This document shows positions 59,606 to 64,000 of a stretch of DNA of 64,000 bases, piece after piece. This DNA is from Balanoglossus misakiensis (taxonomy: Eukaryota; Animalia; Hemichordata). The notes under the pieces are model-generated. The model was not told where the DNA came from and made no database searches. It was given only the letters and a program-made list of their open reading frames with translations. Each line of letters starts with the position of its first letter. Position 1 is the first letter of the stretch. Location: contig CM082583.2 of assembly GCA_040954595.2 (NCBI GenBank), forward strand, positions 11,942,636 to 12,006,635, in the 5' to 3' direction. The translations under genes were made by a program, and so were the position numbers.

Positions 59606-62321
59606 AATGTTGACAAAATTACAGCTATGATCATAATAACAAGCTCCAACATACTGATATCAACGCCAGTTCTAAATTGGCAGTATTCATGTGACCCCCA
59701 TGTGAACTTTACATCCTGGTATTTAGAGTTCATGGAGCATGCCTAATGGAGCTTTTCATTGAAACTTTTACTTGTAATGGTAGAGTCAAATGTTTTAGAT
59801 TTGCGCGTAGTGTTTTAAAGTTTGAAACGTGAGTGTTGGGTGTTGAATGTATTTTGACAAAATCATGAAGGAACTGCTATTTTGTAAATTTGGGAGGATT
59901 AAGGTATATACAGAACAATATAAGGAAATAATCATGTATTTTTTAAAGTTTTCACTTTTCATTATTTTATTCAACTTGTGTTTGATGTTGCATGTCGACT
60001 CTTTTGTGTGTTTTTTTTTTACAGAGACAGCAGATATTTTTTCTCTGTTAGAAATTGACCCAAGTATTACTGGGTAACACTTCCCTACTTTCCCTTTTCT
60101 GTCATCTTGTAATATTTTAACTTCTTAACAGTTCTTCCAGTGCAGGTATGGAACAGAATTTGGGTGTGTGGCCACCATGTGGTGTATGTGTAGTGCATTA
60201 TGTGTTAGAACCCCAAGGGTGCCATTTTCATACGATTTTCAATTCATGGGTATTCAGCCACCAAAGCTTGATATCATTCACAAATTTGTTCCAGGGAATT
60301 GCTCTCACAAAATAAACAACCAAATATTGTGGCTTGCTGGAGAATATGTTTTATCTTGAGTTGTCTTGTTTGTGTTTTGTTTTGTTCTTTTGTTTTCTTT
60401 TGGTCTCGTGACAAAAAGGTTAAACTTGATTTTTTACAATGCAGTTTAACAAGCAGAATAATCGCACAGTGCTTTGCTTTAGAATTTTTATGTCGTACTT
60501 ATCAAGCACTTTGGGAGGAGACGGTACAAGCACAGTATATTTAGATGTGTACATACATGGATAAATCTGTACACAATGCGCTGCCATTTACAGTACTTTA
60601 TATTATCTAATAAAACTGATTTTTTTTATGTCAGGGTTAGCTATATTTCATGATAATGTATTGGTAATTTATGTAGAGTAAAATTATGGCCACCTGTCGC
60701 ATTTAGAGGGGAGCAGGCCTTCTCAGATGTCCCCACTGGGAATTTGCTGTTTCTGTGTGCACCTGCAATGATTTGAATTTATTAAAAGTGCCTTTCATAT
60801 CGAATGTAGTATGTATAATTTGAGATTCTTTTGCGATCAATTAAAATATAAAATAAAGGTGACTGCATACTGGTTAATGAATCAAATTGTGTAAGGGTGT
60901 TCTGATATCCTAGTTAATATACAATTCAATGTGAAGGTGGTTGTACTTGTTAATGTTTCCATGGTATTTTTGTACTGATATTGAATATGCACATGTAGAT
61001 ATTATTGCGAGCTGTTATGTCAGATTGTTTTCTGAAAGGTTCGGGATGGGACTTGACAAAGCATGGTGCAAAATATTTCACTCCGTGACTTGCAGGATGT
61101 TCGTTAAATAATAAACACTTCTTGTAGAATTCAATAAACATGATAAATGAAAGTCATTGGAAGAAGTGGCTGGTTCTGTTTATTTACAGCTTTTTTTCTC
61201 CAAGTGGAGATCTGATTCTGATTTTACAGATGAAAATACATGTAACATTCTCCAGGATATTTGTACGATGGATAGAAGGTGTTTGGTACATGCATGGCAA
61301 AACATCTGACCAGTATTGCTCAGTTGTGTGGAGAGCGCCCCTTACGCTGTAAAATGCTCCGATTTTGTTTTTCAAGAGGCATTCTTTTAAGGTGTAGAGT
61401 CACAACAAAACGGAAATAAAGTGGTTTGATATTAATATAGTAGAACATTCTATGTTTATTTTCAATTTTTAAAAGAATCCATGTATGATATGTGCTGTGA
61501 AAGACTACACTGCAATTAACAGCTAGAGTTCTGAGACGTGCAAAGTGCCAAAACGTCACAAGTCCACGCTGTGTGAAAATCAACACCACACTACTCTTGG
61601 ATTCAGTCGTAATTTACTTCTGATAGTTGTCGTCATGGCGACACGCGAGTACATCAGAAATCTAACTTTTATTTTTTTTCGACACTTTCTGTTGACGTCA
61701 AATTATTTGATGGTGGGATTTTTACAAGACGGACCTCGTTCTATGGTTTACAGATTTAGAATATGTCAGACAGTTCAAAACCTAATAAATGAATGAATAA
61801 AGCTGATGATATTTCACACGGACCAACTTTACAAAGTTGTATCTCTCATAGAAAATAGAATCATTTTCGATTTTACAAATCACACAAAATAGTTGCTCGT
61901 TAATAAAACACGAAATGTCATCACGCTTCGTCGTGATTGTTACAAGCACAAATAATTTTACAGTTTCTTTTAGAGTGTCACCGTTTGATTGGTGTTACAC
62001 TCGATGACTGAGGCGCGTATTACTTTAGACAGTAATTAGCTCTACTGTCCAAGATATAATAGCACTAACACAACAACACAGGCATCCTATTAACATGTTC
62101 ACGTACAGTCACGAAGGTCGTATATAGCGTCCCCGTGCGACGTATCGCTGAATAAGCCAGTTTCCAGTTCCAGATACCCATGACGCTTTATCTCTTGTAG
62201 AAAAATGTCATCTCAGAGAATTCAAGTATTACCTTCTGACCCCGTGACCTCGCGCAAAGCGTCATGGGTATCTGGAACTGGAAACTCGCTACGCACGTGT
62301 TGTCTGGCACCGAGCCAGTGG

Positions 62322-63766
62322 TTAGTTTTTGAACATGTCGCACAAAAGTCGTTCCATCGGCGTGTTGCCAATTGTGTGGTGGAAAAACACGTTTTCTATC
62401 CTGTCCGCCGAGATGAAGCGTAGCGATGGCAACATCAGAAGTAAACGACCAAACCTGAAAAAATAAAGAACGGGTAAGTTGCTGTGAACACACGTGTCTC
62501 TTCAAATTTTCATCGAGCAAAGCAAACTTTGGGACCTACATCATGAAAAACTTTTTGTAGTGAGGAGATATCGGGAAAAGTTCAAAAGACCACTGAGGTC
62601 TGGGACTAACCTTGTAGGAAGGGTGGGGTGGTGGTTTCTCGTGTGTTGGCCAAGCATCAGTTGCGCTTGATCTTGGAGATTCTCAACTTGCTGGGGGTCC
62701 TTCAGACCGCGTGTATCTAGAACCAACGGGACACCTGTTATAACACATCGCAAGAGTACACGCTAACCAATCAGAGAACGGGATTGGTGTGTAGTGAAGC
62801 TGGCGGGTAGTTATAATCGGACGCTAATGAGACAGTTTTGTTTAGACGTTGTTGTTGGTCTTAATATCGAGGAATCTTTCATTCACAGGGAAGAACCAGC
62901 AAAATTTGCAACTCCTGTATATACATTCTAATCAGTAGCAGAGATGCATCCCAAAATTGTTTGCACACCAAGTCTACCCGGTACCCGTTCATTTCGTATA
63001 GAGGTGAGTTAACAGACAGATATCTTATATGAGGGTACAATACATAGTATAACATTAGTTTGATAAAATAGAAAAAATTACGAAAATTAGAAATGCGAGG
63101 CTATTGGGACTCTCTGAGCCCACTGCGACTTGTACACTGCTTACCTGGTTTGAAAAGCACTATGGCCTTCATGCACGCAAACTCGGCAGGGTCGACGTTC
63201 ATGGATTTGAATCGAGTTGTGATTTCTTGTAAGATGCGCAAATCGGACAGCGTGGCAGCAGCCTTGCCGCCGTTGAGCGGCGTGTTTGTGTTCTGCTCGG
63301 TTGCCACCAGCAACGGAGAGGTTTCCAAGGGCATGGACCACTGGATGGCGCTGAGGATGAAGAGCTCGCTCCAGGCTTCCTCCAGTAAGATTACCTGGCG
63401 ACGGAATTTTCAACAAAAAATCAACCTACATTGTATAATCAAACCTTGAACGTTTAAATTTGTACGTCATTCGTTACATAAACCCCCCCACCCCCTCCCT
63501 TCAAGCTGTGACTGCCGGAAAGGAAGTAGCGCCATCCAGCGGCAGGTAACTAACCTGGTCCCTGAACGGCAGAGCGGAGAACGAGGGTAGATTTTTCGCC
63601 CACTTGACCGCCATGAAGAGCAACCTGGCCGAGGTTTCGTAAACGCTCTCCGGTCCGGCATTGGAATACATGTGCACGTCTCTGGCGTTCATGGCACCAT
63701 GGGGTATGTGGCCGCGTTCCGGTTCAGTTTCGTGGTCAATACTTGTCACGTCAATATTTTCGTCGA
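62322..63766 (-). CDS. NR2E3: Photoreceptor-specific nuclear receptor NR2E3/PNR; hinge and ligand-binding domain (DNA-binding exons lie beyond the right edge)
   Basis: Exons 63555-63766, 63145-63394, 62611-62716, 62322-62454. The translation DENIDVTS...[41 protein letters not shown]...[39 protein letters not shown]...[14 protein letters not shown]...[17 protein letters not shown] is characteristic of NR2E3 rather than NR2E1. Confidence 0.94.
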
Positions 63767-64000
63767 CTGAAAAAGAAAAGAAAAAAGTTCACCCGCATAA
63801 ATGTAAGAACAAATAGTTTTCCCAGTTGTGTTTTCCTCATCACCGAAGTTCTTATACAACATCTTTGACACATCAGTCATCGAAAATTGCTGTTAAATGC
63901 AGGTATTGTGTTGTGCCAAAGTAATATAGTTGCTATTAGAAGTTATCCAGTGAGGCGAAACAGCAATGAGTCTGTGGCGAGACATGCATGAAAAACCCCA

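Overview
AT-rich, intron-rich animal genomic DNA. It is most likely an invertebrate bilaterian such as an ambulacrarian; that taxon is inference only. Six spliced protein-coding genes could be rebuilt by hand with open frames across all splice junctions. (1) RasGRF, minus strand, 13 coding exons here, running off the left edge, with a 16.4-kb first coding intron. (2) An SLC5A5/6/8/12-type sodium:solute symporter, minus, 15 exons, 584 aa, needing one GC-AG intron. (3) FAM81, minus, 4 coding exons, 366 aa. (4) RAD1, plus, 8 exons, 285 aa, head-to-head with FAM81. (5) IQGAP, plus, 42 exons. (6) The ligand-binding-domain half of NR2E3/PNR, minus, running off the right edge. Interspersed repeats include a 1.26-kb Helentron/HINE-like element and two families of short TTAA-flanked MITEs. 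No CRISPR, rRNA, tRNA or prokaryotic system was seen, and I cannot support a wholly new biological system. The best leads are a candidate 9-nt in-frame microexon in the IQGAP GAP-related domain with downstream Rbfox motifs, apparent pre-vertebrate linkage of RasGRF-FAM81-IQGAP-NR2E3 (human chr15/chr5 paralogon), a symmetric YY1-type bidirectional promoter, a (CA)66 tract abutting a 3' splice site, and clusters of RFX and nuclear-receptor motifs.
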